From positions 17,295,781 through 17,359,780 of the forward strand of contig OZ037767.1 of NCBI GenBank assembly GCA_964035545.1: a stretch of DNA of 64,000 nucleotides, in the 5' to 3' direction. This document shows, piece after piece, positions 25,865 to 38,508 of the stretch. Position 1 is the stretch's first letter; every line of letters begins with the position of its first letter. A program made the translations under genes and the position numbers. The notes under the pieces were generated by a model that was not told the origin of the DNA, ran no database searches, and worked only from the letters and a program-made list of their open reading frames with translations. This DNA is from Bugula neritina. Taxonomy: Eukaryota; Animalia; Bryozoa.

Positions 25865-26596
25865 TGTAACGGACTGTACACAGCAGCAGTCAAAGGTCAT
25901 CATTAAACAGCTCACTGGGCTCACTGTTCAAATCATAGCAGCAAGGTAATGACCTTTTTACGGCACAATAACACACGGTTAGGGTATGCAGTAGTGTCGC
26001 AATCGGAAGGCTGGGGACAGCCGGATGTTTGTCAGGAGATGGTCCTGCCGGGTGGGGGCAATGTGCCACGATGTGATTGGCCAGATTTAGTTGCGAAAGT
26101 GCAATGTTTACCTAAAATCTTGGTGTGTATAAGATGCTATCTTTTCTGTTCAGTGATAGAAGTTCTTAGCTTTTAAAGAGAAGAAAGGCATTATTTTATT
26201 CTGGAAAGATTTTTATAGGCCTTACTTCTTTCTGTATTACGTTTTAATATCATACCAGTATAAAATATCATTATCAAGCAACATATAGAGAGAAACAAAA
26301 AGGTCAGTAGCTGCAGTGTTAGTTGTTACTTTATCATCTTACCACTTGAATAATTCTTACATAATATTCTTACTTGCTTTTACTTCTTATGTTTTTATAT
26401 TTGTTATTATTATATTACATAATCGTACCATTTTTATCTTACATATTGTAACCGCATAAATTGTAGACTTCACGGTGTTGCTTGTGGAACTAAAGTGTTT
26501 ATCAATAAATTTAAACTACATTCTACAAAACACCAGTGATTCTTCAACCTCTCGTTGCTTGTGTGGTCGTTAGTGGACCGATCAGAAACCACTACA
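25865..26596. mobile_element. Solo LTR (732 bp) with 5-bp target-site duplication
   Basis: Begins TGTAAC, ends ACTACA, flanked by ATGTA on both sides (25860-25864, 26597-26601). Absent at the paralogous position in copies A, B and D. AATAAA near 26505. Confidence 0.8.
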
Positions 26597-26838
26597 ATGT
26601 ATACTATAGAATAATATATAATATAATTATATCATGTACCATACACTAAAATATACTATAAATATATCATACCATACACTAAAATATTATAATGTAAAGG
26701 TAGGTGAAGTATTAATAGAGAAATTGATAAAAGCCTGTGTTCTGGTCCACAAATGTAGCAAAAGAAGTTATGTTCTCGCAAGAATGTCAACCCTCGCCAT
26801 AAATTCTGCTTTTACTGCTCCTAAGTGTAATTATATCC

Positions 26839-28391
26839 TACTATACAGTAAAGTATACTATACTATGCTATACACTGATTATACTCATCATACTATACAC
26901 TAAAGTATACTATACTATGCTATACACTGATCATACTGATCATACTATACACTAAAGTATACTATACTATGCTATACACTGATTATACTGATCATACTAT
27001 ACACTAAAGTATACTATACTATGCTATACACTGATTATACTCATCATACTATACACTAAAGTATACTATACTATGCTATACACTGATCATACTGATCATA
27101 CTATACACTAAAGTATACTATACTATGCTATACACTGATTATACTGATCATACTATACACTAAAGTATACTATACTATGCTATATACTGATTATACTGAT
27201 CATACTATACACTAAAGTATACTATACTATGCTATACACTGATTATACTGATCATACTATACACTAAAGTATACTATACTATGCTATACACTGATTATAC
27301 TGATCATACTATACAGTAAAGTATACTATACTATGCTATACACTGATTATACTGATACTACTATACACTAAAGTATACTATACTATGCTATACACTGATT
27401 ATACTGATCATACTATACACTAAAGTATACTATACTATGCTATACACTGATTATACTGATCATACTATACACTAAAGTATACTATACTATGCTATACACT
27501 GATTATACTGATCATACTATACACTAAAGTATACTATACTATGCTCTACACTGATTATACTGATCATACTATACACTAAAGTCTACTATACTATGCTATA
27601 CACTGATTATACTGATCATACTATACACTAAAGTATACTATACTATGCTATACACTGATTATACTGATCATACTATACACTAAAGTATACTATACTATGC
27701 TATACACTGATTATACTGATACTACTATACACTAAAGTATACTATACTATGCTATACACTGATTATACTGATCATACTATACACTAAAGTATACTATACT
27801 ATGCTATACACTGATTATACTGATCATACTATACACTAAAGTATACTATACTATGCTCTACACTGATTATACTGATCATACTATACACTAAAGTCTACTA
27901 TACTATGCTATACACTGATTATACTGATCATACTATACACTAAAGTATACTATACTATGCTCTACACTGATTATACTGATCATACTATACACTAAAGTCT
28001 ACTATACTATGCTATACACTGATTATACTGATCATACTATACACTAAAGTCTACTATACTATGCTATACACTGATTATACTGATACTACTATACACTAAA
28101 GTATACTATACTATGCTATACACTGATTATACTGATCATACTATACACTAAAGTATACTATACTATGCTATACACTGATTATACTGATCATACTATACAC
28201 TAAAGTATACTATACTATGCTATACACTGATTATACTGATCATACTATACACTAAAGTATACTATACTATGCTCTACACTGATTATACTGATCATACTAT
28301 ACACTAAAGTCTACTATACTATGCTATACACTGATTATACTGATCATACTATACACTAAAGTCTACTATACTATGCTATACACTGATTATA
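26839..28391. repeat. 52-bp minisatellite, ~30 copies (upstream of copy C)
   Basis: Same unit with copy-specific variants (gctctacac, aagtctact). Confidence 0.95.
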
Positions 28392-29439
28392 TTATAAAAC
28401 AGAAAACACTATAATATAATGATGACCTATGTGTTAGTCATTAAACAGATTGTATTCTAGTCAAACTGTGTTATGGCATTCCTTCATGCTGCTCACATAT
28501 GCCGCACTGTTTGAGGCCAGCCGCGATGGCACGGACCAATCAACATCAAGCTCTCCTTTATAAGCTGGACATTCTGATTGCCCAAACACACTTGGTTACT
28601 GGGACTACTACTGAGCTTATTGTTGTATAATCTCTATAATTATTGTTAGCTTTTATCTTGATGTAATTGTAATTGTTTAGTATTGTATATATAATTCTTC
28701 TCTCAAGGATTGCAATCTCAGTTCTTTCTCTTAAACACACAAAGAGTATGTTTTAGCCTTACAACCCATGCATAATCTACAACTTAGAAGTTTATTGCAC
28801 AAAACTACTATAGTAATACTATAATATACTAACATACATGACTAAAGTGTATGGTAATACACTTTAATATTAAAGTGTTATACTAATTTATGCTATACAC
28901 AATAGAGTACTATATATATGGTAAACTCATATACATTAATATAAGATACTATATATTATACTACACAATGTGACTATTAAATCCTTAGGCCTAATAATTG
29001 GCTTATACATGGTTGCAATGACATATCACATCAAGTGTTTCTGTGATTTGTTTATGCCAATTTATTTTTGATTTCTTATGTTTTTTATTGTGAATCTTAA
29101 ATAAGTTGTTTTGCAACATGCAAAATAGTTTAGACAATTCATATAATAACATAAATGGTACTGGTTCAACTTTCCCACAGCTAGGTGGTTCAATTTGCTC
29201 CATTTTAGGGCGTGTTGTGCCCAAAAGTTGGCCATATTTTAGTCAGTAAAATGTTTATACATTTATTTTCAATGGACAAAGACAGCAGCATGAGACTAAC
29301 TTTCATGGTGCTGATCTTTTGATTGGTAAAAATTCTTCAAAACTTTTGCTTAAAAACGCAATTTTCGGTTTAACTACCCCTCCTCTCCCCTACAATATAC
29401 ATATATATACTATGGCATACAATATTAAACTACATACAC

Positions 29440-29718
29440 TAATATATACTATATTATACTATACACTAAAGTATATACTATATTATACTATATATACACT
29501 ATAGTATAATATACTATATTATACTATATACTAAAAGTATATACTATATTATACTATGCACTAAAGTATATACTATATTATACTATACACTAAAGTATAT
29601 ATTATATTATACTATACACTAAAGTATATACTATATTAAACTATACACTAAAGTATACATACTATATTTTACTGTGCACTAAAGTATATACTATATTATA
29701 CTTTACACTAAAGTGTAT
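29440..29718. repeat. 29-bp tandem repeat (tatactatattatactatacactaaagta), ~9 copies
   Basis: Period 29 visible; shares the actatacactaaagtata core with the 52-bp minisatellite. Confidence 0.75.
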
Positions 29719-31242
29719 CAATCATAAATTAAATGATGAATATTCAAAAAGAACCCTTTACTACCAATCAACAGAGTAAAATACAAGTAATTGTTAAGAA
29801 CCTCAATAGTAAAGTTGACAAACATGCTGTAGTTAGCACAGTATATAGGCTGTAGAGTAGTAACACTGTATTGACTATGTGTCCACTACTAGATCTCATT
29901 GAGTGGTTGTAATCAATGATATCTACATCTCACTGTACTAACTGTAATACTGTATCGGTTTGTGTTTGTGTCTGGTTGCAAGATATGCTTTAACTACTAG
30001 CCAATTTGGCAACAGGTTTTCGAGTTTATCAACTGTCAAATCGTACCCTAGAAAAATGGGAAACATTAGAAATTGTATAAGTAAGTAGTCACAATATAAA
30101 TCAAAATTCAAAGGAATACCATGAACATTACAGAATCGAACAAATTGACATAAACTATTATAATTCTAATAAACTTACAATATTGATGCGTAGGTAAAAT
30201 TATTAGCCATCACAATACCGAAACCGATAGTTTATTCTTACAAAGAGTGTAAATATGGCGGTTTGATCATGATACACTGACTCATGCAGTACAGTGAATG
30301 CACTAGCTCTGCCAGCTAATAGTAGCTTAGGTGAAAGCTTTGAAGTTTGAAAGCTTTAATGATTGGCTGCCTGCCAATACTTCTGGGTGGCATACCAATA
30401 CAAATACTAATACATGTTAACCTACTTTACTACCTGAGAATCTACTAAACTGGTTCTTATAGACAATCACTTTGATGTGTGAACCTTATTCAGTATATGC
30501 CCTTTAAATCACTCAACATTAGAGTTTCCTATCTAGAAAATTATTGTGTAAATATGGTAAACTTCACTAAGTATAATGAAGGTACATCTATGTAACCTTA
30601 TTATATGTTGAGTAAAGTGATTCCTACAATACATCCTATATGGTATTACACTTTGCATAACAAGTATGTATTATTATTACTAGAGTTGTTATATAGACTA
30701 CATATATTATAAACTATATTTTATGATATTAACAATTTTACTAACCTGATTGTAGTGATTATTCTGTCATACTTAGTAGTTAGTCTGTCTGTCACCTACT
30801 ACCTAGTACCACTCAAGTGTTACTACTATAACTATTGTAGTGGTTAGTGAAGCATGAATACTCCCTGTGCAAATAAGCCGATCACTGTTAGGCACGTGAT
30901 TACCCCCCCCCCCCCCCCCCCCCGGCAAAGCTGAACGCCTCCGGAAAGACACACTTAGAGTAGAGTTAGTTAGTAGTGTGATGCCGAATGTGCAAGTAGC
31001 AGATATACGTTTTATGTTTTATGAAGTAATGTATTAGTTTGCCTCGTGTATATATTGTGATAAATATAATCTTCTTCTCCTACTACTTGTCCTGTGTTTG
31101 AGAGTATAAATCCAGCAAGTGCAGTACAGTTGGACCCACCTTAACATTATTATTCAGAGAAATTATAACAGTAGTGGCAGCAGTGGGATCCTAATACTAG
31201 CACGAATGCAACCTAACTGACAACTCGACAACCACAACTAAG

Positions 31243-34200
31243 ATGGCAGGAGAATCAACTCGACAGAGAGAAGGTGAGCCTGATATCACTATAGCTTTAA
31301 AAGGCCCAGTGTGGCAAAAAGAAGAGGCCTACAGATATCGCCTGAAAGCTCCTACTTTTACCGGGTTAGAAGACGTAGAAAAGTTTGTCCAGGAATTCAA
31401 AGAGGTGATAGACCACACCCAATGGCCACCCAGAGTGGCTTTGATCTAGCTACGAAGAGCGTTAACAGAACAGGCCAAGCCGTGCGGACTAAGAACTAGC
31501 ATAGACGGAATCTTTGCTGCGCTACGGGCCCGTTTTGGTATTTCCGCAATAGGTGCCAGGACCCGCTTATAGAGGTTATGCCGCACTTCACAGACATCTC
31601 TACAAAAACATGCGGCTACGATGAAGAAACTGGCACAGATCGCGTATAGCGACTCACCAGTGCAACACTAAGAACGCTATACATATGTTGCTTTTGTTCA
31701 GTCATTGAATGACTTGGGTCTACACCACCAACTACAAGCAAAAGGGTGGAAAACGCCTTGGGAGCAGGAGAGGCTCATTTACTAGCAACTCAACTACATA
31801 AAGGACAGGGAAGCCCTCAACCACTTGCCATAAACGCCCCGGAAGGACCCACAGAACCGCTACCCCATTTTCAAGCTGTGGCGACCCCATCCGGCTCCCC
31901 CTAGGATGCGGAGGTCAATCGCATGGCGGGGATGTTAAAACAGTTGGTAACGATCCTCATCCACTCCAACTCCATCAAACCAAAACCGAGGCCTCGGCGG
32001 TTGCCTATGGCACCTACGATTCCAGGTTGGGGGTGCGATACTCAGGACCGTCCCCGCATGGAACACCCCCGGAATAAAAGAGTGTTTAACTACCACTGCC
32101 CGCGGATGCATTCCCTCCCCGTGGGCAAAAAATAAAGAATCATTGAGGAACACACCGCCGGCTAACTGTGCAGACGCGACGGTATGCTCCTCACGAATGG
32201 CAGGTACCACGTAGGACCAGCCGACCAGAACAGCAGCCAGGTACCTACTCTCTGCCACCCACCAACCGTTTCCTCTGGTTACCAGACGAAGAAGAGCCAA
32301 CCACTGACCTAGAGCCGGAAAGCCAAGTGGAAAGCTCGAACCCTCCCCCGAAACCCTATCCGGGTAGAACCGAACACGCGGTGGGGTGAAGGTACAACCA
32401 CACGGAGATAGTTATTTCCTACCAGGGAAGGTGGCGAGTAAAACTGCCATTTTCCTGCTAAACTCCGGTTGTACTACAAACCTTCTCAGTCGCAGGGTCT
32501 TCGAGACGCTGCCCCGCCAAGACAGGGACAGAGTACGGCCATACACGGGGGAACACAGCCCTCTGGCAGACTGGTCGTGTATCCTCTTCTACGGTATCGT
32601 AGAACTCACTGGGTGTGTCCAGGACCAATTCATAGAGGAAACATTTGCCATTAGCCAGCTCGAAGAAGATGCTATACTCGGCATGCCCTTTTTGAAACGC
32701 CATAAGTGCCGCATCGATTTTAGTAAGTCGACGGTACTGATGGCCGGACGAGAACTCACTTGTGTGGATAAGTCCGGCCGCCCTCTAGTAGGCAGTGTCC
32801 AGGTGGTGCGGAACCGCACCGTACTGTGGCGCTCCCGGACTACTATTCACTGCAAGGTAAATGATAACTGGATCTCTGGACTCAGGGTGGTAGAAAGCGC
32901 ACGAAAGAATCCAACTTGCTAACAGTCTAAACCAGCTGACCGCGTGAGGAGAGATCTTGTTGCAGTGCGTAAACCCCTTTACAGAGTCGATAAAAATACC
33001 CGCCGAATTCATGCTGGGCCGTTTCTACTCTGCCCAAGAAGAGGACGTGGGCCCGTCGCTTGGGGATGCGACGGAAGAGCCCCCACGGCACCCGCAAAAA
33101 AGGCGGGAGACCGTCCCACCACACATCAAGGAGTTGTAGGAGACAGGTTGTGGTGGCGGTGCAAGCAACGAGGAACGTCAGGCTATGGCAAAGTTGTTAG
33201 GCGACTACGGTGATGTGTTCAGCAGCAGAGATCATGGCGTGGGACTGACCGGAGCTGTCAGACACAAGATACCGCTGACTGCAGGAAGGCCGGGAAATAG
33301 TAGTAGCTTACTACAGTAAGTCTCTCTCACCCACTGAACGAAATTACTGCACTACCCACAAGGAATTACTAGCAATACGTATCATGCCTCCCTGATTTGG
33401 TTGTGCAAGAGAGCGGAACCGTCCAGTCAGGTCGCCCGGTGGCTCGAAATCCTAGACGAGTTGTTTTACCGGATCGAACATCGACCGGGCAAGAGGCACA
33501 GCAATGCGGATAGCTTGAGCCGACAACCTGAAGGGGGCTGTAAACAGTGTCTCAACATCGAAAAGAGGGATGGAGGTCCCCCACGGTACAAGTTAGGGGC
33601 ACTGGCTCACCACTGAGCACGGTTTGACTGGGACCAGGGTCAACTCCAACAGACAGTGGACGAGACTTTGGAGGCGGTACAAAACCTCCGCGCCAACCCT
33701 GTTTTGGCTGAGAACGTCCGGGAATTGAGGAGGCTTCAGGAGAACCTCCCTGGAATAGTAGCCGATGTATATCGGACCAAAAAGGAAAAGCGACGACTCA
33801 GCGAAGAATAACTCAGGCAGGGATGCGCCGAATTCCGGCTGTTCTGCCAACGTTGGGACTCACTGAGGATCGGGCAGGATGGTCTGCTAACCATTTATCT
33901 AGCTGCCAACAGCAGACATCCTGAGAGAAAGTGGGTGATCTGTCCCACTGCCATACGCCGTGAGTTAATCTGGAACACTCACAAGCAGGCTCACGCAGGA
34001 GTCCAGCGGGTGATCTCCAAATCACAGCTCCGGTGGCACTGGCCCAAGATGCGGCGTGATGTCTAACTCAGAATAAAGCAGTGTAAAAACTGCCAGGCCA
34101 GCAAGCATGGCCGTCTCCCTGGTGAAGCGGGACGGCGAAAGTTATATGCTGGACAGCCGTGGCAAGTAGTAGCTGTCGACCTGGTCGGACCCATGCCCCT

Positions 34201-35330
34201 GACCCCCAGAGGCAACAGTTGGATCCTAGTATTAACCGGCCACTTCACCAGGTAAGCTGACGCTCTGGCAATCCCAGATACTTCAGCTCCGACAGTGGCC
34301 AGGGTGCTAGACCAACATGTATTTTGTTAATCTAGGTTTCCCTGAACGGATACATTCTGACCAAGGCGCTCAGTTCCAGTCTCAACTGATGAGCGACCTC
34401 TGCCGCCACTGGGGAGTGAATCAGAGCAAGACCACTCCCTACCACCCTGAAGGTAACGGGGTGGTGGAGCGCAATAACCGGGTGCTAGGTGATGCGCTCT
34501 GGATTCTACTCCTCGGACGTAGTCAGGAGGAATGGGACACGGTGTTGCCGCAAGTCATGCGCGCATTCCGTAGCACACCACACACCAGTACTGGTGAGAC
34601 CCCAAACCTCTTGATGCTCGGGAGAGAGACTCGGGTCCCTGACCATCTTACCTACCATGTTCAGGGCAAAACAGCTCGATTCACGAGTATGCCAGTGAAC
34701 TAGTGGAACGGATGAGGGTCGCACACAAAATGCTGCAAGAAAAGCAGTGACAGGTGTGCGCGAAGACTACGAAGAGCCACCCCTCTATCAGACAGGAGAT
34801 TGGGTGTAGATGGTCAATTACCGTAGGCGTCGCAGACAGGCGGCTAAATTACAGCCCAAGTTCTTGGGACCCTACGTAGTAGTTGAGGCTATGCCCAACC
34901 ATACGGTTACAAGATCGAGCGCTCAGGACAAGTGTCCATCCAAAATGAGGCTCGCTTGAAGCCGTATTGGGCTAGCCCAGACGCAGTGGGAGAAGCCCCT
35001 CGTATGTTGGAGCCCAGGAGGCAGACGGCAACGCGTGGGCGACAGTGGCATGGTCCTGAGTAAGAGGTGGTCATTCCGCGGGAAGAAGACTTGGTGCGAG
35101 ACGAGCGACAAATTCCATCCACAGAAGTGCGCCCGCCGCCTCCGACTCCAGGTCTGACACCATCACTTCCAGAAACCGAGCCGATTCCGGAAGTGCAAAC
35201 CCTCACAGAGGGAGGGGCTCCATCCGGAGAACACGAAGAAACAACCACTGCTGAGAAATCAGAATCACCGCCAGTGGAACCTAATAGTCCACCAGTGTAT
35301 CTCAAACTCACAATTGATACTGAACGTTGA
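31243..35330 (+). pseudogene. Disrupted gag-pol of Gypsy element 1
   Basis: Fragments YRLKAPTFTGLEDVEKFVQEF (gag), KVQPHGDSYFLPGKV (protease), integrase core. Many stops and frameshifts. RT and most of RNase H are deleted at ~33280-33286. Confidence 0.88.
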
Positions 35331-35388
35331 GTATGTCGCTAAATACCAAGTTCTCTGGTAAGCCTACCTAAGTCTTGTATTCTTATCT

Positions 35389-36470
35389 ATAGAAACAGGC
35401 TTGATGCCAGTTAATTTTGAACTAATAAATCTGATTGAATCAGAATTACTGGAGACCACGTCTAATGTGAATGACGACTAGGACATAGTAATGGCCGATG
35501 ATCTGTTAGATCTCGAGCTAGAAACTATCATTCTTGGTCAGTCTACACGTAGCAAACCGGTCTCTCGAGTGCCTTATAAAAGTTGTGACCCTCAGACTAC
35601 TAACAGTTTATCGTCACTAGAATTATGTTGTAAAGATCTATCTCGATTTGACAATAATTCTACTTTTGTAGACGACACTCGCTCTCTCGTCTCACAAGGG
35701 ATGCCATCTTTTGAGATGGCCTGGAATCCAAAACCCCTAGTACCTACAAAATCTGATCGGAAACTACTTCACGCACTGGAAACAAAATCTTGCTGGATTA
35801 CACCAGCAACTGAGAAGGAGATACACAGGTATAGAGGCGACGAAGATAATACGGAGTGTCGCCTATGCCAACAGCACTTTACCACGCACCGCACGCTACG
35901 GGTCCACCTCCCACAGCAATTTGGGACAACCTTCTGTTCCTCTGGTGAATACAGTTACCACAGGCACTATATCCTGAGGCATCAGAGAACAATGAATTGT
36001 TTTCCCGGCCACCCCTACAATGTGGATGAGAGCTCTTACCCCACTTTCTTAGATCTTGTACGGCCCTTCGTCACAGACCCCGCTCGACTGGCGCATCTTA
36101 CCCAGGGATTCCCGCTCCCCGACCTATCACCCCAGGACCTACCACCAAAATCCCTGGCTATTCCACCAACTCACCTCCTACCTCCATCCGTCGTCCTAGG
36201 ACCATTCCCCGCGTTCTGTTACAATGCATAGATACTCAACCGTATACTCTTCCTCCTCTCCTTCCCCCGGCGGATCGGAAAAGACGCAGGTCACACCACT
36301 CCCCTTCACGTCATTGTCCTCTGGTCCGCAACTTGCGGGAAGTCGAATTGAGAGCTAACAAATTAAAAAGGGAAGTCCATCGTTTAGCCCACAGGATTAG
36401 GGAGGCAGCCAGCGAGTTACAATCTCTCCAAGACTCTATCAACAAACTTAAACGCTCTACTAAGGACTAG
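35389..36470 (+). pseudogene. Extra ORF3 of Gypsy element 1: C2H2 zinc-finger + coiled-coil protein (disrupted)
   Basis: Lies between integrase and PPT. CRLCQQHFTTHRTLRVHLPQQ..GEYSYHRHYILRHQRTMNC, ending RNLREVELRANKLKREV..SINKLKRSTKD*. Collinear with ORF3 of element 2. Confidence 0.75.
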
Positions 36471-38508
36471 TGCAGCATTTATCTCCCAAGACTCTCCACT
36501 CGGGATATTATCTCCTTCCTCCTCCATCCTGGTGCTCGACCGGTGCTGTAAGAACTGCTCTTATAAATAGGATCAATAAATAATTGCATGCTTATCAGTA
36601 TATATTTTTTATGTGTCCTCTTTTTTATTATTCTGATATTTGTTTTTATATACATATGTACAGTTTTTTAGTATGCGTCCCTTCCACTTAGTTTTTAGCA
36701 GAAAGTAGGCTCCCTGCTGGAGGAGGCGGTGTAGTGGCCAGTGAAGCATAAATACTCCACGTGCAAATTAGCCAATCACTGTTAGGCACGTGATTACCCC
36801 AGCCCCCCCCCCCCGGCGAAGCAGAACACTTCCGGACAGATATACTTAGAGTAGAGTTAGTTAGTAGTGTGATGCCGAATGTGCAAGTAGCAGATATACG
36901 CTTTATGTTTTATGAAGTAATGTATTAGTTTGCCTCGTGTATATATTGTGTTAAATATAATTTTCTTCTCCTACTGCTTGTCCTGTGTTTGAAAGTACAA
37001 ATCGAGCAAGTGTAGTACAGTTGGACCCACCTTAACATTATTATTCAGAGAAATTATAACAATATGCAGTCCATATAATATCTTCTCCTACTAACAATAC
37101 AGTTTTTTTATGCAGGAAGTTTGAGACGTGATGCATGGGGAATTCCATTTCCCTAGTAATGAGTAATATTGGGAAATTCCTATTTCCCTTGTATTACTCA
37201 CTACTGTCAACTACTGTCATTAAGCATGTTGAATGATGAGGGCACTTGATTTATTATTGAAAGACACCACGATTGGCTACGTAGTCATGACTTTCATACA
37301 TGAACATATACAGTGTTATTATTGTCTCCAATATCAGAGAGTGAACTTCTCTGTGATGGTGTTGGAACTCTTGATTCTAAATATTACATCATATAAACTA
37401 CCATACTATAAAACTACCCACCATTTACCCAGCACTTACTTGCCTACTACAAGATTACCCACTTCACTGGAAAATTACAGTAACTGCAATTGAAATATGA
37501 ATTGGCTTACGAATTCAGCTTATTCATTTGATTTTAAACAGAAATTGTTGTTTTCACCCAACGATATTTAATACAGCTTTAATATCTAATATATATTTAG
37601 TATTAAAATACTCTTTAGCTCTTATACATTGATATATCTGCTGTTATTCAAGAAGTTTTAATATGAATAAATAGTTGAGTAACATTTATCTAGTCTAATA
37701 AACTGCTTAGTGTCATTTTCTGAGACTTAGTCTCAGTCATATCATGGTGCTGAGACACTCTGTGGTTTATTTATTGACTAGGAAAGGCAGGTGGTTGACA
37801 GGAGCTTTAAGTTGACTCTCCTGCATATAATATATAGTATAAGTTTCAGCTTTATGCAGGTCTACTGACAGCTAACTGTGAAACTCATATGAATTTCAGA
37901 GCTTATATATGTCAGATTATTGTTTATAGTTTGTGTGTGAAATTTCTTTGGGCTACAGATTGGAAGATAAATACAAGGAGTTGAATAACAGATTAGTTTA
38001 TATTTGAAATAATTTTTAAGCAAAGTAAGAAAACTAAATACTCAAATATTAATGAAGCAAGGAAAATGTAGTAATATAGACACATATGATAAATGAGTAA
38101 TATAAACATATATGATAAATGAGTAATATAAACATGTATGATAAATGAGTAATATAAACACACTTGAAATAAACTTTGCTTGAGGTTTTGTGTTTGGTGT
38201 TTTGTGTTGTCAAAAACAGTAAGAAGAATAGATAGCAATAAACATCTGAAAGGATGTCCCAGCTGTCAATATTATGTGATCATACAGTAAAACATGCTGA
38301 AATAAATTGAATAATATAAATACTTCATTTCATAACTGGAATACAGACATTAAGATGCAGCAATTTTATCCATGTAAATTCTGCAACATTCACTTCTGGA
38401 TTCATAAATGTCATAGGGAAACGGTTTCGTTATAAATTACATATTTTGATAAGTTTTTGAACAAATGAGGATAGTCTGCGTATACGTCAATAGTTCACAA
38501 TTCTCCCA

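Larger units (their letters stand above)
30836..37061 (+). mobile_element. Degenerate Ty3/Gypsy LTR retrotransposon 1, internally deleted (no RT)
   Basis: LTRs 30836-31170 and 36730-37061 (TG..CA, roughly 93% identical by manual count). PBS 31172-31189 tagtggcagcagtgggat (tRNA-Leu-like). PPT ctgctggaggaggcgg before the 3' LTR. TSD ctat/atat. Gag, protease (FLLNSGCTT), RNase H remnant and integrase (AVDLVGP, IHSDQGAQF, VERNNR, GPY) in Gypsy order. Confidence 0.93.

Noticed and set aside
35491-36231. Gypsy ORF3 as an env gene
   Set aside because: No signal peptide or transmembrane segment; zinc-finger and coiled-coil patterns instead.
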